DNA of 64,000 nucleotides from an uncultured Candidatus Saccharibacteria bacterium (GTDB taxonomy: Bacteria > Patescibacteriota > Doudnabacteria > UBA920), in assembly GCA_964612745.1 (NCBI GenBank), contig CAZTCH010000001.1, positions 6,074-70,073 of the forward strand. Reading direction: 5' to 3'. The position numbers and the translations under genes were made by a program. Shown piece by piece: positions 15,864 through 24,624 of the stretch; the first letter of the stretch is position 1, and each line of letters begins with the position of its first letter. The notes beneath the pieces were generated by a model that did not search any database, was not told the origin of the DNA, and saw only the letters and a list, made by a program, of their open reading frames with translations.

Positions 15864-16730
15864 TTACTCTTCCTCGTCATCTTCATCGTCGTCGTCAATA
15901 AACTCATCTTCTTCTGTGGTGGTTGGGGTTGTTGCTGTAGGTGCTGGAGCAGGTGTTGGGGGTGTGTACGGAGCATATGCAGGCTGGGCTTGCGCGTATG
16001 CCGTGTGTTGGGGTGCTGGCTCTTGCCATGTTTGTGCTGGTGGCTCAGGTTGTACTACAGCTGGTGTTTCTGGTTCACTGAACACCGGAGGAGCTGTAGG
16101 GGCGCTTACATTTTGTGGAGTAGTAGGGAAGTTGGCTACAGGGTCGGTATAGCTTGTAGTTTGTACTGGTGCAGCCTCTGCTTCTGTGACTTCTGCTTTT
16201 GCTTGTGGTGTTTCTGGAAGTTTAATGCTTGCAGTAAGTTTTTCGAACTCTGGCAGGTCTGACACAGATTGCAAACCCATGTGTTGCAAAAACTCTGTCG
16301 TTAGCTGGTAGTGGGCACTTCTGCTGTCTGCAGGGTTAACCACTTTTTCTATAAGTCCGCGCATGAGCAACTGACGAATGGAATACTGACAGTTTACTCC
16401 ACGGATAGCTTCTATTTCTGCTTTGGAAATTGGCTGGCGGTACGCAATAATACCCAATACTTCTACGGTCGCATCGGTCAACTTTTCGCGCAGGTCTGCG
16501 GTTAAGTAGTTTTTAACTAAGTTTACATTTTGTGGGTTGGTACCGAGTTGCCACTGGCCATTGGCTTCCATGACTATGATGCCCGAAGCTTTGCGCGCTT
16601 CTTGCAAACTTTGCAATGCAGCAAGGACTTCTGCTTCTTCCTTTTCACAGAGTTTTGCAAGGAGCGCTGGAGTTGCTGGTTTGTTTGCAACAAACAAAAT
16701 GCTTTCGAGTTGTGCTTTGAGTTCTTCCAT
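15864..16730 (-). CDS. scpB: segregation and condensation protein B (ScpB) with ~115-aa Pro/Thr/Ala-rich and poly-acidic C-terminal extension
   Basis: N-terminal ScpB wHTH region (ESILFVANKP..., GIIAYRQPISKAEIEAIRGV). The tail ends EEDEFIDDDDEDDEEE. Confidence 0.8.
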   Translation of the reverse strand: MEELKAQLESILFVANKPATPALLAKLCEKEEAEVLAALQSLQEARKASGIIVMEANGQWQLGTNPQNVNLVKNYLTADLREKLTDATVEVLGIIAYRQPISKAEIEAIRGVNCQYSIRQLLMRGLIEKVVNPADSRSAHYQLTTEFLQHMGLQSVSDLPEFEKLTASIKLPETPQAKAEVTEAEAAPVQTTSYTDPVANFPTTPQNVSAPTAPPVFSEPETPAVVQPEPPAQTWQEPAPQHTAYAQAQPAYAPYTPPTPAPAPTATTPTTTEEDEFIDDDDEDDEEE

Positions 16731-16753
16731 AGGAGTGAAATAGAGTTAAAAAC

Positions 16754-16984
16754 TTACCGCGCTTGGAACAGCCAAATACCGAGACCAATTAATACCAGCG
16801 AAATAACCACAATCTGTGCTTGGTTGCCCATGAGTCGCGTGTTCTCGGGCATGCCTTCCGGGATTTTGAACACACCCACGTACGAAAGCAACCGTTGCAA
16901 CGTAAAATACCACGGCTCGTACAAGGTAGTACCGTAGATATAGCCCACTATTATGAGTAATGCAGCAAAGATAATTCTGTTCAT
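16754..16984 (-). CDS. small 2-TM membrane protein (76 aa) between scpA and scpB
   Basis: Hydrophobic helices. An overlapping alternative-frame ORF (16746..16994) looks less protein-like. Confidence 0.35.
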   Translation of the reverse strand: MNRIIFAALLIIVGYIYGTTLYEPWYFTLQRLLSYVGVFKIPEGMPENTRLMGNQAQIVVISLVLIGLGIWLFQAR

Positions 16985-17020
16985 GGGTGAACACTATGAC
17001 TGTATTTAGTATAGCAAGTA

Positions 17021-17200
17021 GCTACGAATCTACGAATACCTACAAATCTACGGATGCCTACGGATAAATGCAGATGCGTACTAATCTACGAATACCTACA
17101 AATCTACGGATGCCTACGGATAAATGCAGATGCGTACTAATCTACGAATACCTACAAATCTACGGATGCTGGCTGATCTACGAATTATTCGTGGGTATTC
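17021..17200. repeat. tandem repeat, ~56-nt unit x ~2.7 (ctacgaatacctacaaatctacggatgcctacggataaatgcagatgcgtactaat)
   Basis: Direct reiteration lies between the scpA stop and the small ORF. It ends in the hairpin CTACGAAT..ATTCGTAG. Confidence 0.85.
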
Positions 17201-17211
17201 GTAGCCCTGTC

Positions 17212-17958
17212 TTAATTCGTTGATTCGTTGTGTGTTGATTCGCTGCTCTCTTCGACGCGGCGGATGGTAATGTCTGTAAAGAGTGCGTCTTGTTCGACGC
17301 TGAATATGCGTTGCTTAATCAGTTCCAGCAGGGCCAAGAATGTCACAATAACTTCCGATTTATTTTTCGCTTGGGAAATAATACTGGAGAGCTTCGTCTC
17401 TATTTGTTTGGCAAGCAGTCCTTGCAAGTGCGTAATCTTTTCTTGAATAGAGATTGCTTCTTTAATGCGTGCCTTAGGCAATGCATCTAGCTCTTTTAAG
17501 TTAGTCAGTACTTTCATGACTGCATTTTGCAGTTCGCTTGTCGTGACGCTTTGGTCTGGAAAAAAACTGATGCGCTGCGAAAATACTAGAGTCCGAGTAA
17601 AGCTTTGTTGCTGCAGTGCGTCGAGCACTTTAAGGTGGCGCGCTACTTCGCGGAACTGTTTGTAGAGTAAGAGCTGGGTTTCCAGCGGGACTCCGGCGTC
17701 ATCTTCCTCTATGTCTACTTCTAACGTCGGCAAAATTGCTTTGGACTTTATGACGAGTAACTTTGCAGCAATTGCTAAGTAGTCAGACAACGAGGTTGGG
17801 TCTAGTTCTTCTAATTGTCGAACATACTGCAAAAACTGCTCGGTGACTTGCGCCAAAGAGACTTCGGTAATATTGAGCTTCTGGTTTTCTATTAACGACA
17901 ACAGCAAGTCCAGTGGTCCTTCGAACTGTTGTTTTTCTAATGTAATAACGTGTGACAT
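17212..17958 (-). CDS. scpA: segregation and condensation protein A (ScpA)
   Basis: N-terminal FEGPLDLLLSLIENQKLNITEVSLAQVTEQFL is the ScpA signature. Confidence 0.85.
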   Translation of the reverse strand: MSHVITLEKQQFEGPLDLLLSLIENQKLNITEVSLAQVTEQFLQYVRQLEELDPTSLSDYLAIAAKLLVIKSKAILPTLEVDIEEDDAGVPLETQLLLYKQFREVARHLKVLDALQQQSFTRTLVFSQRISFFPDQSVTTSELQNAVMKVLTNLKELDALPKARIKEAISIQEKITHLQGLLAKQIETKLSSIISQAKNKSEVIVTFLALLELIKQRIFSVEQDALFTDITIRRVEESSESTHNESTN

Positions 17959-17999
17959 GTGGAAAAGTATATAAGCAAGTGCTGTATAGGTAGTATACC

Positions 18000-19484
18000 T
18001 TACCTTGCACTGGTTTGGCTTGTGGAGTTCTTTGGTGAACTGGCATTCTTAACTATTTGCACATATATCGAGATGTGGAACCCAACAACGAGTATGGTAA
18101 CGGGTACTAAAATCCATGCAGGGACAAACAGACTGGCAGCCCAGAGTGTGACCACGCCATAGCCAAGGCTACACAGCGCTACCATGGTGCTACGCAGGAA
18201 ACTTGGACGGGTTGCTGCAGGAAGGGTGTGGTTCAGCCGCAACACCAGTGGCGGGTAGAGCCACATAGTAAATGCTCCAAGGCAGGCAGAAGTCACGAGC
18301 AAGAAGAACGGTTGCTTGAACTGTGGCACCACCAAAGACAGAAGCAAGATAGCCACACCAACCAGTGCGGTGACCGCGCTAATTATTTGGTGGTTGGCCA
18401 GCTTAGGTAGGTTGTAGCGCTTAGCGACTGGGGCAATAATGCGGGCAAAGAGTCTGCCAGTCGCATCTAAGATAACCAAGTTCGCCATTATAAATAACAA
18501 CATGCTGCCCACACCAAACAAAGTGCCAAGGTGGGGGAACGTGTCGTTAAGTGTGAGGATTTCTGCACGCAACACCCCAAAGCCTTGCGCGGTACCGAGG
18601 GGGAGCAAGAGTCGCCCCAAGTATGCCAGTAGGAAAATAGTAATAACGTTCGCCCCCAAAAAGAGTAAGCTGTGTTCTTTGTTGATTGCAGTAAACCAGC
18701 GCTTGAAATTGGAAACAGATTCTGCGCTCTCTAGTTCAATTTGAGTAGTGTTGCTTGAAGCATCCAAAGATTTTGTCAGAGAGACGGAAAGCTCTGCGCT
18801 GTTGCCGTATCCTTTGTCTTTTATCCACTCACTTTGTACTAAGTTCAAAATACCGGCAACACCACCATATGCCAGTGCTGCGACAAAGTCGAAGCGAGGG
18901 AGTCCTTGGGGTAAGTAGCCAAAATTAACCAGTCCTTTGAGACCTTCCCAAAACAAAGCGAGGTCAAACTTGATTACCACTACAAGGAGGATAATGAGCA
19001 GGGATAGTGTAAGTCCAACGCGCGAAATTTTTTCTAGTGCTTTGTAAACGTCCGGTCGGCGAAAAAGGAGTAAGGACAAAAGGAGGAGTGCAACAGCGAG
19101 TACCAGTCCAACTGTGCGCTCTTGTTGTGCCGGTACACCAGCCACCACTGCAATAATGTTACCGGCAGTAGTCATCCACGCGGGCCACACCTGTGCAGCA
19201 AGTGCAGTAACGCCAAAGACAAGTGCCAGCCACGCTTTGTTCTCGGTAAGGGCGGAAGCAATGTGTTTACCGGTTACCAGCGTGTAGCGCTCTATCTCTA
19301 TGTTTACAAAATATTGAAAGACTAAAATAATGGATACCGGCCACAAAATAGCCAGTCCAAAGTTGGCAACAAGGCTTGGCCACAGGAGCATTTCCCCACC
19401 GTTAATGGACAGTGCTACAAACACGACGCTAGGGCCCAGCATGGCGAGGAGAGTTTTGGTGAGAGGTGGGAAGGGTTTTTGCAT
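18000..19484 (-). CDS. divergent Nramp-superfamily-like metal transporter (lacks DPGN)
   Basis: LGPSVVFVALSINGGEMLLWPSLVANFGLAIL...ERYTLVTGKHIA parallels the Nramp N-terminal blocks. 494 aa, multi-TM. It sits 4 nt downstream of the CaCA gene (likely an operon). Confidence 0.5.
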   Translation of the reverse strand: MQKPFPPLTKTLLAMLGPSVVFVALSINGGEMLLWPSLVANFGLAILWPVSIILVFQYFVNIEIERYTLVTGKHIASALTENKAWLALVFGVTALAAQVWPAWMTTAGNIIAVVAGVPAQQERTVGLVLAVALLLLSLLLFRRPDVYKALEKISRVGLTLSLLIILLVVVIKFDLALFWEGLKGLVNFGYLPQGLPRFDFVAALAYGGVAGILNLVQSEWIKDKGYGNSAELSVSLTKSLDASSNTTQIELESAESVSNFKRWFTAINKEHSLLFLGANVITIFLLAYLGRLLLPLGTAQGFGVLRAEILTLNDTFPHLGTLFGVGSMLLFIMANLVILDATGRLFARIIAPVAKRYNLPKLANHQIISAVTALVGVAILLLSLVVPQFKQPFFLLVTSACLGAFTMWLYPPLVLRLNHTLPAATRPSFLRSTMVALCSLGYGVVTLWAASLFVPAWILVPVTILVVGFHISIYVQIVKNASSPKNSTSQTSAR

Positions 19485-19488
19485 AAAA

Positions 19489-20601
19489 TTAGAACCAGTT
19501 GCTTATTTGTAATTTCGCTGGATACAGGGCGCCATAAGCGGTGAAGGCAAGATACGCGAGATACAGCCCTATAAGCGCATACCCTGAGCTGCGCGAGATG
19601 TGGAAGCGTTTAATAAGAAATACAAAGAGCACTGCAATAACCGTACCGAAGAGTAAGAATACTGATGACATAAGGCTTTCTGTGGCAATAGGGACGGATT
19701 TTCCTGTAAACAGAATGTACCCAAACCAAGGCAGCCCCAAACAAATAAGCACATCGAAAATATTGCTACCGACAGCATTGCTTACCGCCATATCTCCACG
19801 ACCTTGTTTTGCCACTATAAGAGAGGCAAGTAAATCTGGTACCGATGTACCGCCAGCGAGAATGGTTAGCGCCACAATCGCTTGTGGTATGCCTAAGTCA
19901 CCAGCCAATGCTACGCCTAATTCAACCAGAGCCCAACTGAGCGCAATAATCCAACCAATAGAAATGGTAAAAGTCAGTGGGTATTTTTCTGGATGCTTGT
20001 CTAGATTGGGGAAGGTTTTCTCTAGTATGGTGTCGACGTGCTTCAGGGCTGCACTGAAAACAGTTCTTGGTTTTTGGACTTCCGTTGCTCGTTCTACTGC
20101 TTCTTCTATCGCTTTGAGTTGTGTGGTGACTGGTGCTGGTTTGTGCCACTTGCTCCACGAAGCGAGAACGACTATGTATAGTGCGTATATCGCTAAGTAG
20201 AACGCTGTTTCGGTAAGGGTAATGTGCCCATCTCGAAAGGTAAAAAGCATAACCAGTATGGAGAGCACGTAAAATGTCATGTCTCTCAGTACTGGTTGCC
20301 AACGAACGTATGCACGTGCGACTACTGCTGAGCCACCTATTATGACAAGGATATTGAAAATGGCAGAGCCGACAATAGTGCCCGCGCCAATATCTTCTGC
20401 ACCAATTTTGAACAGTGCAAGCAGTGCCGTAAAAAATTCAGGGGCAGAGGTACCAATTGCCATGAATGTAGCCCCTGCGACATCTTCTGAAAGCTTTAGT
20501 TTTTTTGCGATAATGTCTAAACTTTGTACGAAGTACTGGTCACAAATTTTAGCAAGAAGGTAAAAGCAAAGTATAAGTCCAGCAAGGTAGAGTAAAATCA
20601 T
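19489..20601 (-). CDS. Na+/Ca2+ exchanger family protein (CaCA, two alpha repeats)
   Basis: GATFMAIGTSAPEFF and GGTSVPDLLASLIVAKQG alpha-repeat motifs. 370 aa. Confidence 0.75.
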   Translation of the reverse strand: MILLYLAGLILCFYLLAKICDQYFVQSLDIIAKKLKLSEDVAGATFMAIGTSAPEFFTALLALFKIGAEDIGAGTIVGSAIFNILVIIGGSAVVARAYVRWQPVLRDMTFYVLSILVMLFTFRDGHITLTETAFYLAIYALYIVVLASWSKWHKPAPVTTQLKAIEEAVERATEVQKPRTVFSAALKHVDTILEKTFPNLDKHPEKYPLTFTISIGWIIALSWALVELGVALAGDLGIPQAIVALTILAGGTSVPDLLASLIVAKQGRGDMAVSNAVGSNIFDVLICLGLPWFGYILFTGKSVPIATESLMSSVFLLFGTVIAVLFVFLIKRFHISRSSGYALIGLYLAYLAFTAYGALYPAKLQISNWF

Positions 20602-20690
20602 GGCTACAGATTTTGTTAGTGTTTGTTATGTACGTATAGGGTACGCACTGATTCTAAATACGGATTTCTTTGGTGGGTGCTATTTGTAAG

Positions 20691-21611
20691 CTACAGCTTT
20701 TTTGGGAACAGCACAGAGAGGAGCAAGGAAGCGGCGAGTGCTGCCATGATGATCGCAAAAGACACGATAGACGAAAGGTGTATGCCAAACATGACTGCCA
20801 GCATTTTTGCACCAATAAAAACTAGAATGAACGACAATCCTTTTTGGAGGTGGTGGAATTTGTGTACCACACCTTCTATTAAAAAGAATAGTGCACGCAG
20901 CCCCATGACCGCAAAAATGTTAGAAGTGAACACCAAGAACGGGTCTTGGGAAATAGAAAATGCTGCGGGGATAGAGTCGATGGCAAAAATTATGTCTGTG
21001 GTTTCTACCAAAATTACAATCATGAGCAGGAGTGTGGCGTAGAGTTTGCCATTTTCGCGCACAAAAAAGTGCCCGCCGTGGTGGTTGGTGGTAAAGCGTA
21101 GTGCTTTGTGCGCGAGTTTGTAGACTTTGCTATTACCAAAGTCGGCGTGTTCTTCTTGTTTGTCTTGCAGGAGCTTAAACCCTGTGTACACTAAAATTGC
21201 ACCAAAGATATACAGCACCCAGTGGAACTGACTCACAATGTAGCTACCCGTTAAAATAAACGCACCGCGGAATACAATAGCCCCCAAGATACCCCAAAAC
21301 AACACACGGTGGTGGTATTTCTCTTCTAGTTTAAAATAGCTAAACAAAAGCAGGATAACGAACAGGTTGTCTACCGAGAGCATTTTTTCGGTTACGTAGG
21401 CAGACAAAAACTGTGTGCCTGCTTCTGCGCCGAGCATGCGAAATACGAGCCCAGAAAAACCCAGCGCTATACAAATCCAAAATAGTGACTGGTAGGCAGC
21501 GGACTTCAGCGAAATTTTGTGCGCTTGGCGGTTAAAGTACCCAAGGTCGGCTACCAAAAATCCAACAATAATTGCGCCGAATATGGCAAAGAGTATTTGT
21601 TCTGGTGTCAT
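20691..21611 (-). CDS. TerC-family membrane protein (putative Mn2+ exporter)
   Basis: EKMLSVDNLFVILLLF and LIVETTDIIFAIDSIPA TerC motifs. Confidence 0.8.
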   Translation of the reverse strand: MTPEQILFAIFGAIIVGFLVADLGYFNRQAHKISLKSAAYQSLFWICIALGFSGLVFRMLGAEAGTQFLSAYVTEKMLSVDNLFVILLLFSYFKLEEKYHHRVLFWGILGAIVFRGAFILTGSYIVSQFHWVLYIFGAILVYTGFKLLQDKQEEHADFGNSKVYKLAHKALRFTTNHHGGHFFVRENGKLYATLLLMIVILVETTDIIFAIDSIPAAFSISQDPFLVFTSNIFAVMGLRALFFLIEGVVHKFHHLQKGLSFILVFIGAKMLAVMFGIHLSSIVSFAIIMAALAASLLLSVLFPKKL

Positions 21612-21639
21612 TTTTTAGAAGTAAAGAGTTCGATTTTTT

Positions 21640-21670
21640 CCGCTTTTCCAAAGAGGGGCTAGGGGAGTTT
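21640..21670. repeat. CCAAAGAGGGGCTAGGGGAGTTT hairpin-repeat family, copy a (imperfect)
   Basis: ccgcttttccaaagaggggctaggggagttt. Confidence 0.7.
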
Positions 21671-21684
21671 GGCTGACTTTTGAA

Positions 21685-22071
21685 TTAGTAGTGTTGTAAA
21701 GAAAAATAAAACCACACAAATGCAGCTGCTAAAGCTTGCAAAAGGATAACTATGAATACTCGTATTCGAGAAAGGTTAAATTTTGTCTGTAAGTACACCA
21801 TGCACAGTAACCAGAGGTAAATTACAGTCAATCCTATATGCAAAGCTCCAGAGAGTATGAGTGTTGTGAAGAATACAATATCTCGCGGTGCACCACAATG
21901 CACGCAGTCGGATGAGAGGTTTGGCGACAATAAAAAACTCAAGAGTAAGAAGCAAAGTGTAACTATGATTGAGAAGGAAAAAAATATTTTGAAGAGTCCA
22001 TTTACATTTTTGTACGGAGAATAAGTTGGGGCTTGGTTGGCAGGATTGTTGTTCACGATATTGTTTTGCAT
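21685..22071 (-). CDS. small membrane protein with CxxC (CVHCGAPRD), DUF2752-like
   Basis: 128 aa with 3-4 TM helices and a conserved Cys pair. Confidence 0.4.
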   Translation of the reverse strand: MQNNIVNNNPANQAPTYSPYKNVNGLFKIFFSFSIIVTLCFLLLSFLLSPNLSSDCVHCGAPRDIVFFTTLILSGALHIGLTVIYLWLLCMVYLQTKFNLSRIRVFIVILLQALAAAFVWFYFSLQHY

Positions 22072-22082
22072 AGTGTTTTGTT

Positions 22083-22116
22083 CCCCCTCTTTTCCAAAGA
22101 GGGGCTAGGGGAGTTT
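22083..22116. repeat. hairpin-repeat family, copy b (perfect stem)
   Basis: ccccctcttttccaaagaggggctaggggagttta. It overlaps the DUF559 stop codon. Confidence 0.75.
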
Positions 22117-22489
22117 ACTGTGGGCGTAACGAGTTAATGGTATTTACCAGTTTTTGGTGCACACCGTCATTATTTTCTAAGACATCATTATTCCAAAATC
22201 GTAACACATGTACGCCTATGTTTGCGAGGTAGTGGCTTCGTTCTTCATCGTTCGAAATTCCTGTGGGGGTGTTGTGTTGTCCACCATCTAGCTCTATGGC
22301 AAGTAGTATTTCTGGGCAGTAGAAATCGAGAATGTAATTTCCTACGCTGTACTGCCGAAAGAATTTCAGGTTTTGTATGTTGCGGTTACGAACCGTGTTC
22401 CACACTATTTTTTCCGCAGGTGTTTGGTTGTGCCGAAGTTGTCTTCTGAGTGGTTTGAGGCTCGGGTTGTTGTAGAGGGTGGTTTTCAC
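22115..22489 (-). CDS. DUF559 endonuclease-domain protein (Vsr/PD-(D/E)xK-like, COG2852)
   Basis: LRRQLRHNQTPAEKIVWNTVRNRNIQNLKFFRQYSVGNYILDFYCPEILLAIELDGGQH matches the DUF559 core pattern. Confidence 0.75.
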   Translation of the reverse strand: MKTTLYNNPSLKPLRRQLRHNQTPAEKIVWNTVRNRNIQNLKFFRQYSVGNYILDFYCPEILLAIELDGGQHNTPTGISNDEERSHYLANIGVHVLRFWNNDVLENNDGVHQKLVNTINSLRPQ

Positions 22490-22506
22490 GGTGTTTGTGT
22501 GAATGG

Positions 22507-22539
22507 AACTCCCCTAACCCCTCTTTGGAAAAGAGGGGG
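22507..22539. repeat. hairpin-repeat family, copy c (inverted orientation)
   Basis: aactcccctaacccctctttggaaaagaggggg. Confidence 0.75.
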
Positions 22540-22580
22540 ATAAAGACATGAGGTCTTTGGGTTTGCGGGCCGGGTCATGT

Positions 22581-22617
22581 CCCTCTCTTAATTATAAGAG
22601 AGGCTAGGTGAGTTTAA
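22581..22617. repeat. hairpin-repeat family, variant copy d
   Basis: ccctctcttaattataagagaggctaggtgagtttaa has the same architecture with a different loop. Confidence 0.6.
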
Positions 22618-22634
22618 TTAATCTAAAACAATAC

Positions 22635-22679
22635 GATGGGCACCATCTGTCCGCCGGCTGGCGACAGATGGTGCCCATC
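22635..22679. repeat. GATGGGCACCATCTG hairpin repeat family, copy B (17-nt arms)
   Basis: GATGGGCACCATCTGTC-cgccggctggcg-GACAGATGGTGCCCATC lies immediately 3' of the aspS stop. Confidence 0.85.
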
Positions 22680-22689
22680 AACGGAGGGG

Positions 22690-24462
22690 TTATGCCTTCT
22701 TTTCTCTTATGTCTATTTTAATGTGTAGGTCTGCGAGTTGTTTGGCGTCTACGGTACTTGGGGCAGACATCATGAGGTCTTCTGCGGAGCCATTCTTTGG
22801 GAACGCAATAACTTCGCGAATGTTTGGTTCGTCGCGTAGTACCATGAACAAACGGTCGAGTCCAAAGGCGCAACCACCGTGTGGTGGTGCACCAAACTCA
22901 AACGCACGAATCATGCCGCCGAAACGTTCGTCTACTGTGGCTTTGTCTATGCCCACAATTTCAAATGCTTTGTACATGACTTCTGGGTTGTAGTTGCGAA
23001 TAGCGCCACTGCAAATTTCGTACCCGTTGGCGACCATATCGTACTGGTCTGCTTTAATTTGGAGTGGGTCTTGTGAAGCGAGTGCTTCGAGCCCGCCTTG
23101 TGGCATGGAGAATGGGTTGTGGGAGAAATCCACTTTTTGTTCGGAGTCGCTCCATTCGTACATTGGGAAATTGGTAATCCACGCGAGTGCAACGACGTTT
23201 GGATCTTTGAGCCCAAAGTCTTCGCCAAGCTGGCTACGAAGTTTGCCCAATACTTTGTTTACAACGCTTCGTTCGTCTGTACCAAAGAAAATAATGTCAC
23301 CATCTACAGCTTCTGTGCGAGAGATAATTGCCGCTATTTCTGTTTCGTTTAGGAACTTGAGGATTGGTGATTTCTTTTCTCCATTTTCGAGGACAATGTA
23401 TGCCAAACCACCAGCGCCTTCTTTGCGCACGAGTTCGGTTAAGGTGTCTATTTGGCTGCGGGAAAGTTTTGCTCCACCTACACAACGAATGGCTTTTACA
23501 CATCCACCATTTTTAATGGCGTTCGCAAAGACACTAAACTGGGTTTCGCGTAGCTCTTCGGTTAGCTCTACCATTTCCATGTCAAAGCGTAAATCTGGTT
23601 TGTCGCTGCCGTACTTCTCCATTGCTTCTGCATAGGGAATACGAGGGACAGGTTTGTGTAATACTTTTTTGCCGGCAAAGTCTTCTACTAGGGAAATAAT
23701 GAGCGGCTCAATTTCGTTCCAAATGGTTTCGCCAGTTTCGGCGAAGCTCATTTCGAGGTCGAGTTGATAAAACTCTCCAGGGTGGCGGTCGGCGCGAGGG
23801 TCTTCGTCACGAAAACAAGGAGCGATTTGGTAGTAGCGAGGCAGTCCACCAACCATCAGTAACTGTTTGAATTGTTGTGGTGCTTGCGGGAGCGCATAGA
23901 ACTTTCCTGGGTGAATACGGCTTGGGACCAAGTAGTCACGAGCACCTTCGGGGGAGCTAGAGGTCAAAATTGGAGTGGTGACTTCTACAAAGTCGTGGTT
24001 GGTCATGTAGTTGCGGATGTGCATGTTGTACTGCGCACGGCTCTTGAGCATTTGCTGCATTTTTGCACGACGCAAATCCAAAAAGCGATATTGCAACCGC
24101 AGGTCTTCGTTTACGTTGACGTCGCTAAATACAGGGAATGGTAGTGGTTTGCTGGTGTTCAGGATTTGTAATTCTGAAACGACTAACTCCACCGTGCCAG
24201 TCGCAATGTTCGGGTTGACGAGTGCTGCGTCTCTTTGAGTTACGGTAGCGGTGGCACGCAACACAAATTCGTCGCGTACTTTGCTTGCGGTGGCAAATGC
24301 GTCTGCGGTTTCTGGGTGCACGGTAAGCTGCACAACACCGGTGTGATCGCGAAGGTCGATGAATATAAGGCCGCCGTGGTCACGGGTAGAAGAAGCCCAA
24401 CCAGAAACGGTGACTGTTTCTCCAACGTGCTGGAGAGTTTCGAGAGATAATGTTCGAGGCAT
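22690..24462 (-). CDS. aspS: aspartyl-tRNA synthetase
   Basis: 590 aa with class II aaRS motifs (FRDEDPRADRHPGEFYQLDLE, GGAPPHGGCAFGLDRL) and an N-terminal OB anticodon-binding domain. Confidence 0.9.
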   Translation of the reverse strand: MPRTLSLETLQHVGETVTVSGWASSTRDHGGLIFIDLRDHTGVVQLTVHPETADAFATASKVRDEFVLRATATVTQRDAALVNPNIATGTVELVVSELQILNTSKPLPFPVFSDVNVNEDLRLQYRFLDLRRAKMQQMLKSRAQYNMHIRNYMTNHDFVEVTTPILTSSSPEGARDYLVPSRIHPGKFYALPQAPQQFKQLLMVGGLPRYYQIAPCFRDEDPRADRHPGEFYQLDLEMSFAETGETIWNEIEPLIISLVEDFAGKKVLHKPVPRIPYAEAMEKYGSDKPDLRFDMEMVELTEELRETQFSVFANAIKNGGCVKAIRCVGGAKLSRSQIDTLTELVRKEGAGGLAYIVLENGEKKSPILKFLNETEIAAIISRTEAVDGDIIFFGTDERSVVNKVLGKLRSQLGEDFGLKDPNVVALAWITNFPMYEWSDSEQKVDFSHNPFSMPQGGLEALASQDPLQIKADQYDMVANGYEICSGAIRNYNPEVMYKAFEIVGIDKATVDERFGGMIRAFEFGAPPHGGCAFGLDRLFMVLRDEPNIREVIAFPKNGSAEDLMMSAPSTVDAKQLADLHIKIDIREKKA

Positions 24463-24624
24463 AGTGTTATTGAAACTTAAAAATTAAAACGCAAAAGTCA
24501 AAACTGCAACTAAAAACTTTTAACTGACTAGTGTGCTTTTAGTTTTGAGTTTTGATTTGAAGTGTTGACTTTGCACTTTTGAGTTTTGACTTAATAAAAA
24601 CAAAAACGTTCTTACAAAATAACC

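Noticed and set aside
15780-16262. 160-aa plus-strand Cys/Trp-rich ORF and 15916..16152 ORF
   Set aside because: They are antisense to the Pro/Thr-rich tail of scpB, and the composition is mirror-image low complexity.
17021-17200. Possible CRISPR array
   Set aside because: It is a pure tandem repeat of a 56-nt unit with no unique spacers and no cas genes nearby. Classified as a minisatellite.
24463-24620. Possible tmRNA or RNase P RNA in the long aspS upstream region
   Set aside because: No GGGG...ACCA tRNA-like ends, no tag-peptide reading frame (ANDENYALAA-type), and no RNase P P4 or CR-I/CR-V consensus could be found by eye. The region is dominated by AT-rich AAAAGTCAAAACT-type repeats.
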